Assembly (NCBI GenBank): GCA_964612685.1
Contig: CAZTCF010000001.1
Coordinates: forward strand, 83,399-147,398
DNA from: Candidatus Woesearchaeota archaeon
GTDB taxonomy: Archaea > Nanobdellota > Nanobdellia > Pacearchaeales > GW2011-AR1
Length of the DNA stretch: 64,000 bases
Direction of reading: 5' to 3'
A program made the translations under genes and the position numbers. The notes under the pieces are model-generated. The model was given only the letters and a program-made list of their open reading frames with translations. It was not told the origin of the DNA and did not search any database. This document shows positions 18,359 through 28,582 of the stretch, in pieces. Numbering within the stretch: position 1 is the stretch's first letter; each line of letters starts with the position of its first letter.

Positions 18359-19588
18359 ATGATTATTAAATCTATTATGGAAGGAAGTATAAAATTTGAA
18401 TCAATAAAAAAAGTTGCAGATGTTGGATTCAAAATAAAAGATTTTAGTAAGATATCTCGAGTTGATTCAATTTCTCCCCCCAGTGTTTTTATCGGTTCCA
18501 AGTTGAAATATCCCTTAGTTAATGTTGGTATTTTAAGCCCATTAAATAAAGATGAAAACTCTTGGCTATATGATGATGCAAAATATTGGGCAGATAATAA
18601 TCTTAATATAGAAGAGGTAATGAGTTTAAGAAATGGGCTTCTTAATTCTAGGTTTCAAGCAAAAGTTAGTGATATAAGACTCAACAAAAAATTTGTAGAA
18701 GTTGCTAAGGACGTTGCAATATCTTCTAGACAAGTTGACGTTGAGATTGAATTAAAGAACAGACTTATTGTAGGTCGTGAAAAAGATAAAATTCTAACTC
18801 CCCATGGTATGAGGGCAGGATTGAAAAATGTTGAGATAACCGGGAATGTAAAAATTGATAAGAAAGTTGATAAAGTCATTAATGATGAAATTAAAGCTTC
18901 AGATGCAATAGAGTATTTGTATAAAAATGAATTTAATGAATATACTTTGAGTAAGATATTGAGTGTGGGAGTTATGGGGCTTAAGAAGAATAAGAAATTG
19001 GTTCCCACAAGGTGGAGCATTACTGCTACTGATGACATGCTTGGTAAACAATTTTTGAAGAATGTTAGGAATTACCCCTGGATAGATGATTATCAATTGT
19101 TTTATGGGGAGTTTATGGGTAATCAATATATTTTACTTATGTTTCCAAGCGTATGGAGTTATGAGTTGTTCGAAATGTATTTACCTCATAGTTCTTGGAA
19201 TCCAGGACAGGAAATAAAAGCTTCAACAGATATTGAGGGATATCATGGGAGAAAGGAATATGCTTTTGATACTGCAGGAGGATATTATGCTTCACGTTTT
19301 GCTGTTCTTGAATACTTAAATTCTATAAAAAGGCAGGCCAGTGTAATTGCCTTAAGAGTTGAAACCCCGAGTTATTGGGCTGCTCTTGGGGTTTGGGTTG
19401 TAAGGGAATCTGTTAAAAAAGCATTAAGAAGATCGATGAGGTTTACATCTAGAGAGGAGCTTGTTGAGAGTGTAAAGAAAATTGGAAAGATAAAATATAA
19501 TTTTGATTTTTCAGAGATTCTTAATAAAAGTAAATTGTTGAGAGAAAAGAAAGAACAGAAATCTTTGAATGAGTTTGTGAAGATTTAA
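18359..19588 (+). CDS. Nre-family (DUF650/DUF651) putative DNA repair protein
   Basis: Blocks PPSVFIGSKLKYPLVNVGILSP and PTRWSITATDD match my recollection of archaeal Nre proteins. ~400 aa. Confidence 0.55.
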   Translation: MIIKSIMEGSIKFESIKKVADVGFKIKDFSKISRVDSISPPSVFIGSKLKYPLVNVGILSPLNKDENSWLYDDAKYWADNNLNIEEVMSLRNGLLNSRFQAKVSDIRLNKKFVEVAKDVAISSRQVDVEIELKNRLIVGREKDKILTPHGMRAGLKNVEITGNVKIDKKVDKVINDEIKASDAIEYLYKNEFNEYTLSKILSVGVMGLKKNKKLVPTRWSITATDDMLGKQFLKNVRNYPWIDDYQLFYGEFMGNQYILLMFPSVWSYELFEMYLPHSSWNPGQEIKASTDIEGYHGRKEYAFDTAGGYYASRFAVLEYLNSIKRQASVIALRVETPSYWAALGVWVVRESVKKALRRSMRFTSREELVESVKKIGKIKYNFDFSEILNKSKLLREKKEQKSLNEFVKI

Positions 19589-21994
19589 TTATTCTTCTTT
19601 TGTTTCTGAGCTTAATTCTTCTTTTTTTGAATTTGACTTTGCAACCCATGCCTTATTTGTTGGACATTGTGGGTTAAAACAGAAAGTCCAAGGTCTTTTC
19701 CCCTTAGTGAGTCTCATTAACATTGGCCAATTGCATTCTTCACAATTTTTGTCTGCTTTTTTTATCTGCCCATTTGGGGGAAGACTGTAAGTATTTTTAC
19801 AATCAGGATAAGCATTACAACTCACAAAAAATCTTCTTGTCTTTTTTGAATAATTTATTGATAAATCCCCCTTTCCACATTTTGGACATTTTATTATTGC
19901 ATTTTCTCTTTTTTGTTGTTCTCTATATTCTGTGTTTGCATCTACAAGTTCGATACCCACTTTATTTTGGTGTTTTTCAAAATCTTTGGAGATATTAGTT
20001 ATTGTTATCTTAGCTTTTTCAATTATCTCTTCTTCTTTTTTTTCTTGTTTTTTCTTGTCATGCATTCTTTGAATGTTATCCATTTCTAACTCGAAATCTC
20101 TGGTTAATTTTTCGTCGATTATTATTGGAGAATATTTATCCAATGTGTTTATTAAGGATATTCCTAAAGGAGTTGCTTGAATACTTTGTCCCTCAACATA
20201 TCCTCTATCATACAAGGTTTCTACAATTGACGATCTAGTTGCCTTTGTACCCAGATTTCTTTTTTCAAGTTCCGAGATAATTGAAGCAGGTGAAAATCTT
20301 TTTGGGGGCTGAGTTTCTTTTTGTTCTATTCTTGAATCGATTATTTCTCCCCTTCCTTCCATATCTGGGATTTCTTCTTCTTTTAGTTTGCTTGGATAAA
20401 TTTCCAACCAGGATTTTCTAGATATAGATTGCCCTTTCTTTGAGAATATCAAATCATTAAGTGTTGCCTTTACTGTTTTGTTATCAATAAGTGCATCTTC
20501 ACAAAATAGGCTTAGGAATCTTTTTACAATTAATTTGTAAATCTTATCTTCTTCTCCTGAAAGAATTTGGGTATTTCCTGTTGGATAAATTGAAGGGTGA
20601 GCAGGATCACTTTTACTTCCTTCTACGGGTTTATCTCTTGCTATTAGTTTTTCTGCCTTGAAATCTTTTGCAAGTTTTTTTAGTATCTCTTTATATCCAA
20701 TTGATTCTGGTAGTTTTTGTGATGAGGTTCTTGGGTAAGAAATTAATCCAGCTAAATAAAGAGATTGAGCTATTTGTAGAGTTTTTGACGGGGTTATTCC
20801 GTAAAATTTGTAAGCTTCTGTTTGAAGAGTTGTTAAATTAAATGGGGAGGGGGGAGGAAGTGATTCTTGTTTCTTTATTGTTTCAAGTGATACCTCTTTT
20901 CCTTTTAAATCCTCAAATCTGTTTAATTGCGCTTTATTGAAGATATCTTTTATGTATTTTAATTCTATTTTATTTTTTTTATTTGATACATTTATGAATA
21001 TTTGCCAATATGGTTTTGATTTAAATGCAAGTATTTCCTTTTCTTTTTTTACTATTAAATTTAGTGCGGGTCCCTGAACTCTTCCTATTGACATTATCTT
21101 GAATTTTCCAGTTGTTTTTATTGAATTCATTAATGCTCTTGATAAATTTATACCATAAAACCAATCTAAATAATGTCTTGTTTCTCCTGCAATTGCATGT
21201 CCCCAATTTATAGTATTGTGTTTATTATCATAAGCTTGCTCTAATTCCGTTTTTGTTAGGGTTGAGAACTTCATACGTGATGCATCCTGCTGATTACATA
21301 GATATCTTATAATGTTTAAACCAATTACTTCCCCCTCTATGTCATAATCTGTTGCTATGGTTATTGATGCAGATTCTTTTGCAAGCTTGAGTATTGAATC
21401 ATAATATCTTTTTGTAAAATCTCCCTTCTTTGCAAGAAAATTTGGAACCCACCCAATATCAAATACAGGTATTTGATATCCTCCATTTTTTTGTTTTAGT
21501 GTAAATAAATGTCCTACTGCGCATGCAACAAATATTTTCTTTTTATTTCTTTCAACTTCATAGTATGGAACTTTATTGAAATTTTTTTGAACAGAATTTC
21601 CCAATGCGCTTGCAATCTTAAGTGCTGCTTGTGGTTTCTCTGTTATTATTAATTCATAACCTTTTTCTTTCAATTTAAATTTTGGAGGAGAATATTCTTG
21701 AGCTTTCTTTGATTTTTTGTATTTCTTTTTTATTACGGTAAATTTCTCAATTTTCTCCAGTTGTCTTTTTGCAGGTTTCTTATGATTTTTATTAATTGTT
21801 CTTTTTCCTATACTTTCTATAACTTCTTTTGGTATTTCTTTAACTTTTTTCTCAGTTATATTTTTTAGAATGTCCTCTTTAGGTAGAGGATTTTTAACTT
21901 CTTTTTCTGTTGCATATTTTAAGTCGCTTTTATCTACTCTAAAATTCCCTTCTGCGGCTATTTCTTCCTTTGATTTTTCTTGCTTTCTTTTCAT
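19589..21994 (-). CDS. topA: DNA topoisomerase I (type IA)
   Basis: Toprim (LIITEKPQAALKIA, DYDIEGE), active-site Tyr context GLISYPRTSSQKL, and C-terminal Cys4 zinc ribbons (CPKCGKG...CNAYPDC; CEEC...CFNPQC). It has a ~110-aa Lys-rich N-terminal extension. Confidence 0.85.
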   Translation of the reverse strand: MKRKQEKSKEEIAAEGNFRVDKSDLKYATEKEVKNPLPKEDILKNITEKKVKEIPKEVIESIGKRTINKNHKKPAKRQLEKIEKFTVIKKKYKKSKKAQEYSPPKFKLKEKGYELIITEKPQAALKIASALGNSVQKNFNKVPYYEVERNKKKIFVACAVGHLFTLKQKNGGYQIPVFDIGWVPNFLAKKGDFTKRYYDSILKLAKESASITIATDYDIEGEVIGLNIIRYLCNQQDASRMKFSTLTKTELEQAYDNKHNTINWGHAIAGETRHYLDWFYGINLSRALMNSIKTTGKFKIMSIGRVQGPALNLIVKKEKEILAFKSKPYWQIFINVSNKKNKIELKYIKDIFNKAQLNRFEDLKGKEVSLETIKKQESLPPPSPFNLTTLQTEAYKFYGITPSKTLQIAQSLYLAGLISYPRTSSQKLPESIGYKEILKKLAKDFKAEKLIARDKPVEGSKSDPAHPSIYPTGNTQILSGEEDKIYKLIVKRFLSLFCEDALIDNKTVKATLNDLIFSKKGQSISRKSWLEIYPSKLKEEEIPDMEGRGEIIDSRIEQKETQPPKRFSPASIISELEKRNLGTKATRSSIVETLYDRGYVEGQSIQATPLGISLINTLDKYSPIIIDEKLTRDFELEMDNIQRMHDKKKQEKKEEEIIEKAKITITNISKDFEKHQNKVGIELVDANTEYREQQKRENAIIKCPKCGKGDLSINYSKKTRRFFVSCNAYPDCKNTYSLPPNGQIKKADKNCEECNWPMLMRLTKGKRPWTFCFNPQCPTNKAWVAKSNSKKEELSSETKEE

Positions 21995-22042
21995 TTTTAT
22001 TAGAATTAGTGTGTTTTTTGTGTTTTTATAAATTTTGTGTAC

Positions 22043-22675
22043 TTAGATTTCAAAGATTGTGGGCTTTCTTCCAACATGAAATACCTTTGTTTTACCTATT
22101 TTTTCTTGTAATCCCCCTGCTTCGTGAATGTGGGCAGATATCAAAATATCTGGTTTGAATTCTTCTACTGCTTTTTTTACTGCCTTTGAACCAGGGAAAC
22201 CAGAGAATTCTGCTATGCTCCCTTTAGGATGTGCATGTGTAACCATTATCTTTTTCTTTAGATCCTTTATCTTTTCATTTCCTTTTTTTAGAATTTTGAA
22301 TATCTCTTCATCTTCAATGAAAAATGGTCCTGTGGAGGATTCATATCCAGAACCGAATATTCCAATGTCTCCTTTTTTTATCGAGTATCCATGTACATGT
22401 CTTGTTCCAGGATAAATTTGTGTTAAGGTATTTATTGTGGACATTGTTTCATGATTTCCTGGTATTAAGATGACTTCTTTTTTCTCTTTAATAAATGGGC
22501 TGATTAAATTTTTTGTTGAACTTTCCAGGAAAGTTAAATCTCCTGCAATTATTACTAAATCCACTTTTTCATTTTTTGCTTTTTTTGCCATTTTCTCTGC
22601 AAATTTTGAATCTCCGTGTATATCTCCTACTGCTAAAATTCTTAATTTCTTGTTTTCTTTTTTTGGTTTGCTCAT
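22043..22675 (-). CDS. Calcineurin-like metallophosphoesterase
   Basis: Motifs ILAVGDIHGD, IIAGDL, PGNHE, VTHAHP, SAHIHE. Confidence 0.8.
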   Translation of the reverse strand: MSKPKKENKKLRILAVGDIHGDSKFAEKMAKKAKNEKVDLVIIAGDLTFLESSTKNLISPFIKEKKEVILIPGNHETMSTINTLTQIYPGTRHVHGYSIKKGDIGIFGSGYESSTGPFFIEDEEIFKILKKGNEKIKDLKKKIMVTHAHPKGSIAEFSGFPGSKAVKKAVEEFKPDILISAHIHEAGGLQEKIGKTKVFHVGRKPTIFEI

Positions 22676-22709
22676 TTTTAATAAAATAAGAATTAGTTAA
22701 TAAGGGTTT

Positions 22710-22934
22710 TTATTTTGGGGTTGTCTCTTCTTTATATTCTTTAGTGGGAGTGTATTTTATTTTTTTGTTGTTATGATCATATGTAAAATATCCTATAACC
22801 TTACTATTCTTTTCATTTAGCATAGGCGCTTGACGGGGTTGTCTTCCAATTTCCATTAGTTCCTCATGAGAATGTCCCATCATTCTTTCAAATTTCATAG
22901 AAATCCTTAATCTGTCTGATAATTCTTCACCCAT
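22710..22934 (-). CDS. Hypothetical small protein
   Basis: 74-aa intact ORF with no motif recognised. Confidence 0.35.
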   Translation of the reverse strand: MGEELSDRLRISMKFERMMGHSHEELMEIGRQPRQAPMLNEKNSKVIGYFTYDHNNKKIKYTPTKEYKEETTPK

Positions 22935-23087
22935 CTTAATAGTGTTAATTTTTTATTGTATTTATATTTTGTTGTAATTAAAAAATGTTGAAATTTTCAT
23001 CAAAACACTGTAGTGAATATATACATTGCAAAACATTTAAAAGGATGATATTGTCTGGATATATACTTTAAATAGGACACCTCAAAA

Positions 23088-23366
23088 ATGGAAACAGAAA
23101 TAAAAGATAACTTTGATATCTTTTTTCGAAGGAAACCCGCTTTAATGCTTGTTTCTTTGAAAAAGAATACTAGGATGAGGTACGGTAGTATTTTGGCTAA
23201 AGAAGTGGATTGCACTTACAGCCATGCAGTAAAGATTCTGCAGACTTTAGAAGAACTTAAGTTGGTTGATTTTGAAAAAAGAGGGCGAATAAAGGTAATA
23301 AAACTAACTAAGAAGGGAATTGAAGTTGCAGAGGCTATTGAAAATATTCAAAAGCTTATACGTTAA
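23088..23366 (+). CDS. Winged-helix DNA-binding protein (MarR/ArsR-like)
   Basis: 92 aa. The pattern RYGSILAKEVDCTYSHAVKILQTLEELKLVDFEKRGRIKVIKLTKKG fits HTH plus wing. Confidence 0.5.
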   Translation: METEIKDNFDIFFRRKPALMLVSLKKNTRMRYGSILAKEVDCTYSHAVKILQTLEELKLVDFEKRGRIKVIKLTKKGIEVAEAIENIQKLIR

Positions 23367-23466
23367 GGCATTAGTGAGGTGATTGCTAACCGCCCCAAGT
23401 TCAATGGAATGAAACGATTGTAATTTTAATAGTAATTTTTATTAACTCTTATTCTTTTTTTTATTT

Positions 23467-23817
23467 ATGGTTGGCGGTAATTATAAGGGGATAAAGTTTC
23501 CTCCTTTAACAGTTAAAGAGATAGACGAGAAGTATAAAGAAGCTCAGGAAGAGATGAATGAGGTGCTTAAATGGAAAAAGGAAGAGGAAGCTAGGCTTAA
23601 GGATAAAAAATCGAAGCCTCAGGCAATCAGTGCAGCAAAGAGAGCTCTTTTTAAGGTTGGTAGACGGATTGCTACTGTTAATGGAAATATACTTTATTGG
23701 AAGTTAAGAAAAGAAGGTAAAAGCCATTTCTATGCAAATCTTGAAAGAACAGAATATTGGGATAAGCTAAAGAATGGAGATTCTGATGAAGAAAGTGAAA
23801 ATGAAGAGAATGATTAG
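23467..23817 (+). CDS. Hypothetical charged protein
   Basis: 116-aa ORF, Lys/Glu-rich with an acidic tail. Confidence 0.4.
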   Translation: MVGGNYKGIKFPPLTVKEIDEKYKEAQEEMNEVLKWKKEEEARLKDKKSKPQAISAAKRALFKVGRRIATVNGNILYWKLRKEGKSHFYANLERTEYWDKLKNGDSDEESENEEND

Positions 23818-23869
23818 AATTATTATATATCACAATAATTTTTATTAATACTTTGAATTAGGGTTATCC

Positions 23870-24340
23870 ATGAGGAAATATGTTTATGAGATTCCTGTTA
23901 TCTCTCCAAGAGAAATTTCGTCCTCTGGAAGCAATTATAATTTTCATGCTATTCTTGATGGAAATCTTGGTTTGTTGGCAAGAAAAAAAGAGATTGGCGA
24001 ACATGCATATGCTGTATTTAAAGAAGAAGGAATTGAGATAGTGAGATCTTATTTATCTTATATGGATAAAAAATATAATCAGATGCCTTACCAGTTTGCA
24101 GAAGGAAGTTGGTTAGTTCATGCAATATGCGTTCCAGGAGATGCATGCGATTTAGCTTTAAGTGAAATGAGTATAAGAGATTTTTTGGATGAGGGGCTGA
24201 AGAAATTTGGCCATCAACGTACTCCAATTTGGGTAGATTATACTGGACATAATGTAGATAATATTGATCAAGCTAGATGTTTAAGAGAATTATTCATAAA
24301 TTGGGCTAATCGCACAAATATATGTTTAAATAGTGATTAA
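23870..24340 (+). CDS. Hypothetical protein
   Basis: 156-aa ORF with no motif recognised. Confidence 0.4.
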   Translation: MRKYVYEIPVISPREISSSGSNYNFHAILDGNLGLLARKKEIGEHAYAVFKEEGIEIVRSYLSYMDKKYNQMPYQFAEGSWLVHAICVPGDACDLALSEMSIRDFLDEGLKKFGHQRTPIWVDYTGHNVDNIDQARCLRELFINWANRTNICLNSD

Positions 24341-24393
24341 GAAGTTTTTTAAATAAAATTATTCTATGTTTTTTGTACCAGACTTATGATTAT

Positions 24394-24468
24394 GACTCCG
24401 TAGCTCAGCCTGGTTAGAGCACTAGACTCTTAATCTAGGTGTCGTGGGTTCAAATCCCATCGGGGTCA
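24394..24468 (+). tRNA. tRNA-Lys (anticodon CUU)
   Basis: Manual fold: acceptor GACTCCG/CGGGGTC, D arm GCTC/GAGC, anticodon stem CTAGA/TCTAG with loop CT-CTT-AA, T arm GTGGG-TTCAAAT-CCCAT, discriminator A. A T-rich tract follows. Confidence 0.9.
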
Positions 24469-24486
24469 TTTTTTTATTTTTTAAAT
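24469..24486 (+). terminator. Oligo-T tract after tRNA-Lys
   Basis: tttttttattttttaaat begins immediately 3' of the tRNA. This is the archaeal oligo-T termination signal type. Confidence 0.35.
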
Positions 24487-24606
24487 CCAAGCTTGCAACA
24501 TTTTCCAGTTTCTATTATCTCTTCTAAGATTATATGCTTTAGATTTGCTTATTTCTTTAACTAATAACTTATTTTTATTATTGTATAGAATTATCTATAT
24601 TTTCTT

Positions 24607-24912
24607 TTATCTGTATTCTCTCCAAGTGTGATCACACTTGGTACATTTGAAGAACTTGGTTTCTGCTTCATCTCCAGCACGCGTTTGAATTGTCCAGAAG
24701 TAAGCTTTATCATTATTACATTTTTTACATTTCTCAACTACAATTGGAAGGGTATTCATCTCTTTTTTAACAACAGCAACTTTATTTTTCTCTTCAATTT
24801 TTTCAGATGTTTTTATTTTTAACTTTTCTTTAGTAGAATAATCGCATCTTGCACATCCGTAGTTCTTTCTTTTTTGGATCAATACTGCTCCGCATTTTGG
24901 ACAGAATTCCAT
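24607..24912 (-). CDS. tfs: Transcription factor S (TFS; RpoM-like)
   Basis: N-terminal ribbon FCPKCGAVL...CARC. C-terminal TFIIS-type ribbon CKKC...QTRAGDEAET.FFKCTKC with an acidic hairpin. Confidence 0.85.
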   Translation of the reverse strand: MEFCPKCGAVLIQKRKNYGCARCDYSTKEKLKIKTSEKIEEKNKVAVVKKEMNTLPIVVEKCKKCNNDKAYFWTIQTRAGDEAETKFFKCTKCDHTWREYR

Positions 24913-25004
24913 TGTTTTTTTATTTTCTCCTTTGGCTTTATTTTTGTTTAAATTTAGTTTGTTTATAAAACTTCTTATTTAAGTATTATTTTTATCTTTT
25001 AGTT

Positions 25005-25652
25005 TTATTTTCCTGATTCATCACAAAATCCTTTTTCGTATTCTGGTCTTAAGTGTTCATAAAAAACAAGTTTTGCCCATCCAACTATGGGTAGAAGATT
25101 CAACACCGCCTTTCCAACTAGCTGTTCTTCTGTAATTCTTGTTTCAACACTTAATTGTCCTTCATTGTTATCTCCTATTGTTGAAAAGATATATTTTCCA
25201 TTTTCTTCATTGATTTCAATTACTCTATGTATTATTGGGTTTTTTTGATTTGAATTAAAAATTATTATGTCTCCAACATCTAATTTTTCAGGCCTTGCTC
25301 TTACTATGAATATGATATCTCCTTTGCTAAATCCTTTTTTTAAAGTAAAATCCTGAAATTCTGTTTTATCAATATCGAATGTTTGATATTTTGATTCATG
25401 TCTTTCCCACCAATTATCAAAATTTCCAACCATGTTTCCAGAGTGATACATACTACAAGATTCTACAATTGCTAGAGGGAGAGAGGTTCCAGTCACGAGA
25501 TTTAATAAAGGAAAAAATATGAACTTTATAACAATAAAAATAAAAACAAGAGAGATTAACCATCCTTTGAAACTATCATCTTTCCAGACTATTTCCCAGA
25601 ATCTTTTCAAAGATTTTTTTAATCTGCTTTTAGAGACACCTTCTTTTTTCAT
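25005..25652 (-). CDS. Signal peptidase I (S26, Sec11/archaeal type)
   Basis: N-terminal TM helix, Ser box VESCSMYHSG, GDIIIF, and His box PIIHRVIEI. Confidence 0.6.
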   Translation of the reverse strand: MKKEGVSKSRLKKSLKRFWEIVWKDDSFKGWLISLVFIFIVIKFIFFPLLNLVTGTSLPLAIVESCSMYHSGNMVGNFDNWWERHESKYQTFDIDKTEFQDFTLKKGFSKGDIIFIVRARPEKLDVGDIIIFNSNQKNPIIHRVIEINEENGKYIFSTIGDNNEGQLSVETRITEEQLVGKAVLNLLPIVGWAKLVFYEHLRPEYEKGFCDESGK

Positions 25653-25818
25653 TTATTTATAGAGACTGAAAGGGTTTTTAAAGTGTTAGTTTAATCACCG
25701 AAATATTTAAATATACATTTATATGTGTATACATAAGGTATATACAAAACCTCTTTTCAACCCTGCCACACTCGGGGAGAAAATCCCTGGTCGTGTGGCT
25801 TCATATTATTAATGAAAA

Positions 25819-26190
25819 ATGGTAAACGACATATTTGACAATACAATTTTATGTAGAAAATGTGGAAAAAAGATGCAGAGAGCACAAACTGTTAAAAATG
25901 GTTTTGTTCTTCGTTTGATGGTTTGTCCAAATTTAGAGTGTAATGAAAAGATAATTCATCCTGTTGATGAACAAGAATACAGCAGATTTATAAATCTAAA
26001 GAACAAGGAGTTTCACGTTAAGATGCGATTGGTTGGAAATAGCTATGCTGTCTCAATACCTAAAGAGATAGTCTCTTTCATGAATGAACAAAGAAAGATT
26101 ATGGATGAGATGGTTAAATTATGTTTTGAAGACTTTGGGAAGTTAAGTTTAAATTTTGAAGAATTAAAAGATAAGAAAATAATAAAATGA
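25819..26190 (+). CDS. Zinc-ribbon plus AbrB/SpoVT-domain protein
   Basis: N-terminal CRKCGKK...CPNLEC. C-terminal VKMRLVGNSYAVSIPKEIV is a swapped-hairpin motif. Its stop overlaps the cdc48 ATG (ATGA). Confidence 0.5.
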   Translation: MVNDIFDNTILCRKCGKKMQRAQTVKNGFVLRLMVCPNLECNEKIIHPVDEQEYSRFINLKNKEFHVKMRLVGNSYAVSIPKEIVSFMNEQRKIMDEMVKLCFEDFGKLSLNFEELKDKKIIK

Positions 26191-28517
26191 CAAGAAAAAT
26201 AATTCAGTTAAAAGTGGTTGAAGCATTACAGGATGATGCATACAAGGGAATAGCTAGAATTGATGCCGAGTTGATGAAAGAGTTAGATTTGAAGAGAGGA
26301 GATGTTATATCTATTAAAGGAAATAGAGAAACTGTTGCTATAGTTGACAGATCTTATCCTGCAGATGTTGGAGAAGGAATAATTAGGATAGATGGTATTT
26401 TAAGAAAAAATGCTAAGACTGGAATAGGAGAGGTTGTTTCAATTTCAAAAGGAGAGATAAAAGAAGCAAAAAAGATAATGATTGCTCCTGCTCAAAAAGG
26501 AATAATGGTTCAGGGAGATCCTCAGGGTTTAAGAAATGGTTTGCTTGGAAGAGTTGTTGTTAAAGGAGATATTGTTGTTTTGGGAGGGGTTCAAAGAAGA
26601 AAAGATTTAATGTCGGAGGAATTTGGAGATTTAGAAGATGTTTTTGGAAATTTAAATGAATTATTTGGGGGAATGGGATTTGGAAATTTGGGAGGAAGAA
26701 TTTCACAGATTAAGTTTTTGGTTGTAAATGTAAATCCTAATCAACCAGTAAGAATAACAGAAAATACTGAAGTTGCATTAAACTCTAAGGCGGTTGAAAT
26801 TACGGAAGATAATATTCCCGAGATAAATTATGAAGATATAGGGGGATTGAGTGATGAGATAAAGAAGATTAGAGAGATGGTTGAGATTCCAATGAAGCAC
26901 CCAGAGATATTCGAAAGGTTGGGTATTGTTCCTCCGAAGGGGGTTTTATTGCATGGTCCTCCTGGAACAGGTAAAACCTTGCTTGCTAAAGCAGTTGCTA
27001 ATGAGTCGGAAGCTAATTTTATACTTTTAAATGGTCCTGAAATAATGTCAAAGTTTTATGGAGAATCTGAAAAGAAAATAAGAGACATTTTTGAAGAAGC
27101 TGAAAAAACTGCTCCTACAATAATATTCATAGATGAATTGGATGCTATTGCTCCTAAAAGGGAGGAAGTTTCTGGAGAGGTTGAAAGAAGAGTTGTTTCT
27201 CAGATTTTAACCATGATGGACGGTTTGAAGGGAAGGGGGAAAGTGATAGTTATTGGAGCTACAAATAGGGTTAATGCAATTGACCCTGCTTTAAGAAGAC
27301 CAGGAAGATTTGATAGAGAGATTGAAGTTGGAGTTCCAGGCAAGGATGGAAGACTGCAAATTTTGAAGATTCACACAAGAGGGATGCCATTAACAAAGAC
27401 TGTTAAGTTAGAAGAACTTGCTTCTTTGACTCATGGATTTGTTGGGGCAGATTTAGAATCTTTAGCTAAAGAGGCTGCTATGAATGTTCTTAGAAAATAT
27501 CTTCCCCAGATGAAGCTAGATGGAGAAGAACAAATTCCTAAGGATGTCTTAGAAAAATTGGTGATAAGCCAAGAGGATTTTACAGATGCTCTTAAAGTTG
27601 TAAGACCAAGCGCAATGAGAGAAGTTTTGGTTGAAACCCCAAATGTTAATTGGGAAGATGTTGGAGGTCTTGAGGAGGTTAAGCAAGAATTGAAGGAGGC
27701 TGTTGAGTGGCCTATGAAGTATCCCGATAGTTTCAAGAGAATGGGTATAAGGCCTTCAAGAGGTATTTTATTGTATGGTCCTCCAGGTACTGGAAAGACT
27801 TTATTAGCTAAGGCTGTTGCAAAGGAATCTGAAGCTAATTTTATTCAAGTTAAGGGCCCTTCATTACTAAGCATGTGGGTTGGAAAATCTGAAGAGGGTA
27901 TGAGAAAAATATTTGAGAGAGCAAGACAGGTTGCTCCTTGTGTAATCTTTTTCGATGAAATTGATTCTCTTGCTGGAAAGAGGGGAGTAGAAATGGGAAC
28001 TAAAGTTACTGAAAGAGTATTAAATCAAATGCTTGCTGAAATGGATGGATTAGAAGATTTAAAGGATATTTTAGTTGTTGGTGCAACAAATAGGCCCGAT
28101 ATGTTAGATCCTGCTCTGTTAAGACCTGGAAGATTTGATAAAATACTTTTAGTAAATGCGCCAGATTCTAAGGGAAGATTGAATATTCTTAAGATACATA
28201 CAGAAAAAATGCCTCTTGGAGAGGGAGATAAACCTCTTAGTGAGAAAGCTAGAGAAAGTTTCCTTAAAGAATTATCAGAGAAAACAGATGGATATACAGG
28301 CGCAGATTTAGAATCCCTTACAAGAGAAGCAGCTTTGCTTTCACTTAGAGAATCCATTGATGCTAAATTTGTGAAAGAAAAGCATTTTGAAGGAGCAATT
28401 AAAAAAGTGAAACCAAGTATAACCAAATCAACAATTGATGCTTATAGGAAAATAGAAGATGCTTTCTTCAAATCTGCAAAGGCTGCCGTTCCAGAAGGGA
28501 ATAGTTATTTAGGATAA
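26187..28517 (+). CDS. cdc48: Cdc48/VCP-like AAA+ ATPase
   Basis: N-terminal double-psi barrel region. Two AAA modules, each with [15 protein letters not shown], with Walker B motifs IIFIDELD and VIFFDEID and second region of homology [10 protein letters not shown] / [10 protein letters not shown]. Confidence 0.9.
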   Translation: MTRKIIQLKVVEALQDDAYKGIARIDAELMKELDLKRGDVISIKGNRETVAIVDRSYPADVGEGIIRIDGILRKNAKTGIGEVVSISKGEIKEAKKIMIAPAQKGIMVQGDPQGLRNGLLGRVVVKGDIVVLGGVQRRKDLMSEEFGDLEDVFGNLNELFGGMGFGNLGGRISQIKFLVVNVNPNQPVRITENTEVALNSKAVEITEDNIPEINYEDIGGLSDEIKKIREMVEIPMKHPEIFERLGIVPPKGVLLHGPPGTGKTLLAKAVANESEANFILLNGPEIMSKFYGESEKKIRDIFEEAEKTAPTIIFIDELDAIAPKREEVSGEVERRVVSQILTMMDGLKGRGKVIVIGATNRVNAIDPALRRPGRFDREIEVGVPGKDGRLQILKIHTRGMPLTKTVKLEELASLTHGFVGADLESLAKEAAMNVLRKYLPQMKLDGEEQIPKDVLEKLVISQEDFTDALKVVRPSAMREVLVETPNVNWEDVGGLEEVKQELKEAVEWPMKYPDSFKRMGIRPSRGILLYGPPGTGKTLLAKAVAKESEANFIQVKGPSLLSMWVGKSEEGMRKIFERARQVAPCVIFFDEIDSLAGKRGVEMGTKVTERVLNQMLAEMDGLEDLKDILVVGATNRPDMLDPALLRPGRFDKILLVNAPDSKGRLNILKIHTEKMPLGEGDKPLSEKARESFLKELSEKTDGYTGADLESLTREAALLSLRESIDAKFVKEKHFEGAIKKVKPSITKSTIDAYRKIEDAFFKSAKAAVPEGNSYLG

Positions 28518-28582
28518 ATTGTTATTTCTATACAGTTACAACATATAGCAAGTTTTAAATATCTTATTTTCTCCATATTTTT

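Noticed and set aside
17692-18501. Full-length 269-aa version of the minus-strand ORF, overlapping the nre start by ~140 nt
   Set aside because: The first 79 codons are hydrophobic, low-complexity and antisense to the nre 5' end. The internal ATG at 18264 gives a compact, non-overlapping gene.
18655-22700. Antisense ORFs in nre, topA and the phosphoesterase gene (18655..19126, 19723..19998, 21021..21206, 21970..22158, 22128..22415, 22470..22700)
   Set aside because: Shadow ORFs opposite strongly supported genes.
23000-23215. ORF 23000..23215(-), overlapping the start of the winged-helix gene
   Set aside because: It overlaps the better-supported plus-strand wHTH gene and its promoter region. 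The translation is hydrophobic and low-complexity.
23367-23466. Relatively GC-rich spacer (ggcattagtgaggtgattgctaaccgccccaagttcaatgg...) as a C/D box sRNA or tRNA fragment
   Set aside because: There are no canonical RUGAUGA/CUGA boxes, no convincing stem, and no cloverleaf elements beyond a weak TTCAAT.
27431-28426. Antisense ORFs within cdc48. The same applies to those within polB (31880..32484), herA-like (37931..38796), amrB/amrS (41022..42587), rfcL/rfcS (43575..45155), nth/pduL/ackA (47003..48944), pheT (60060..61055) and pheS (63421..63633).
   Set aside because: All are antisense to genes with clear catalytic motifs.
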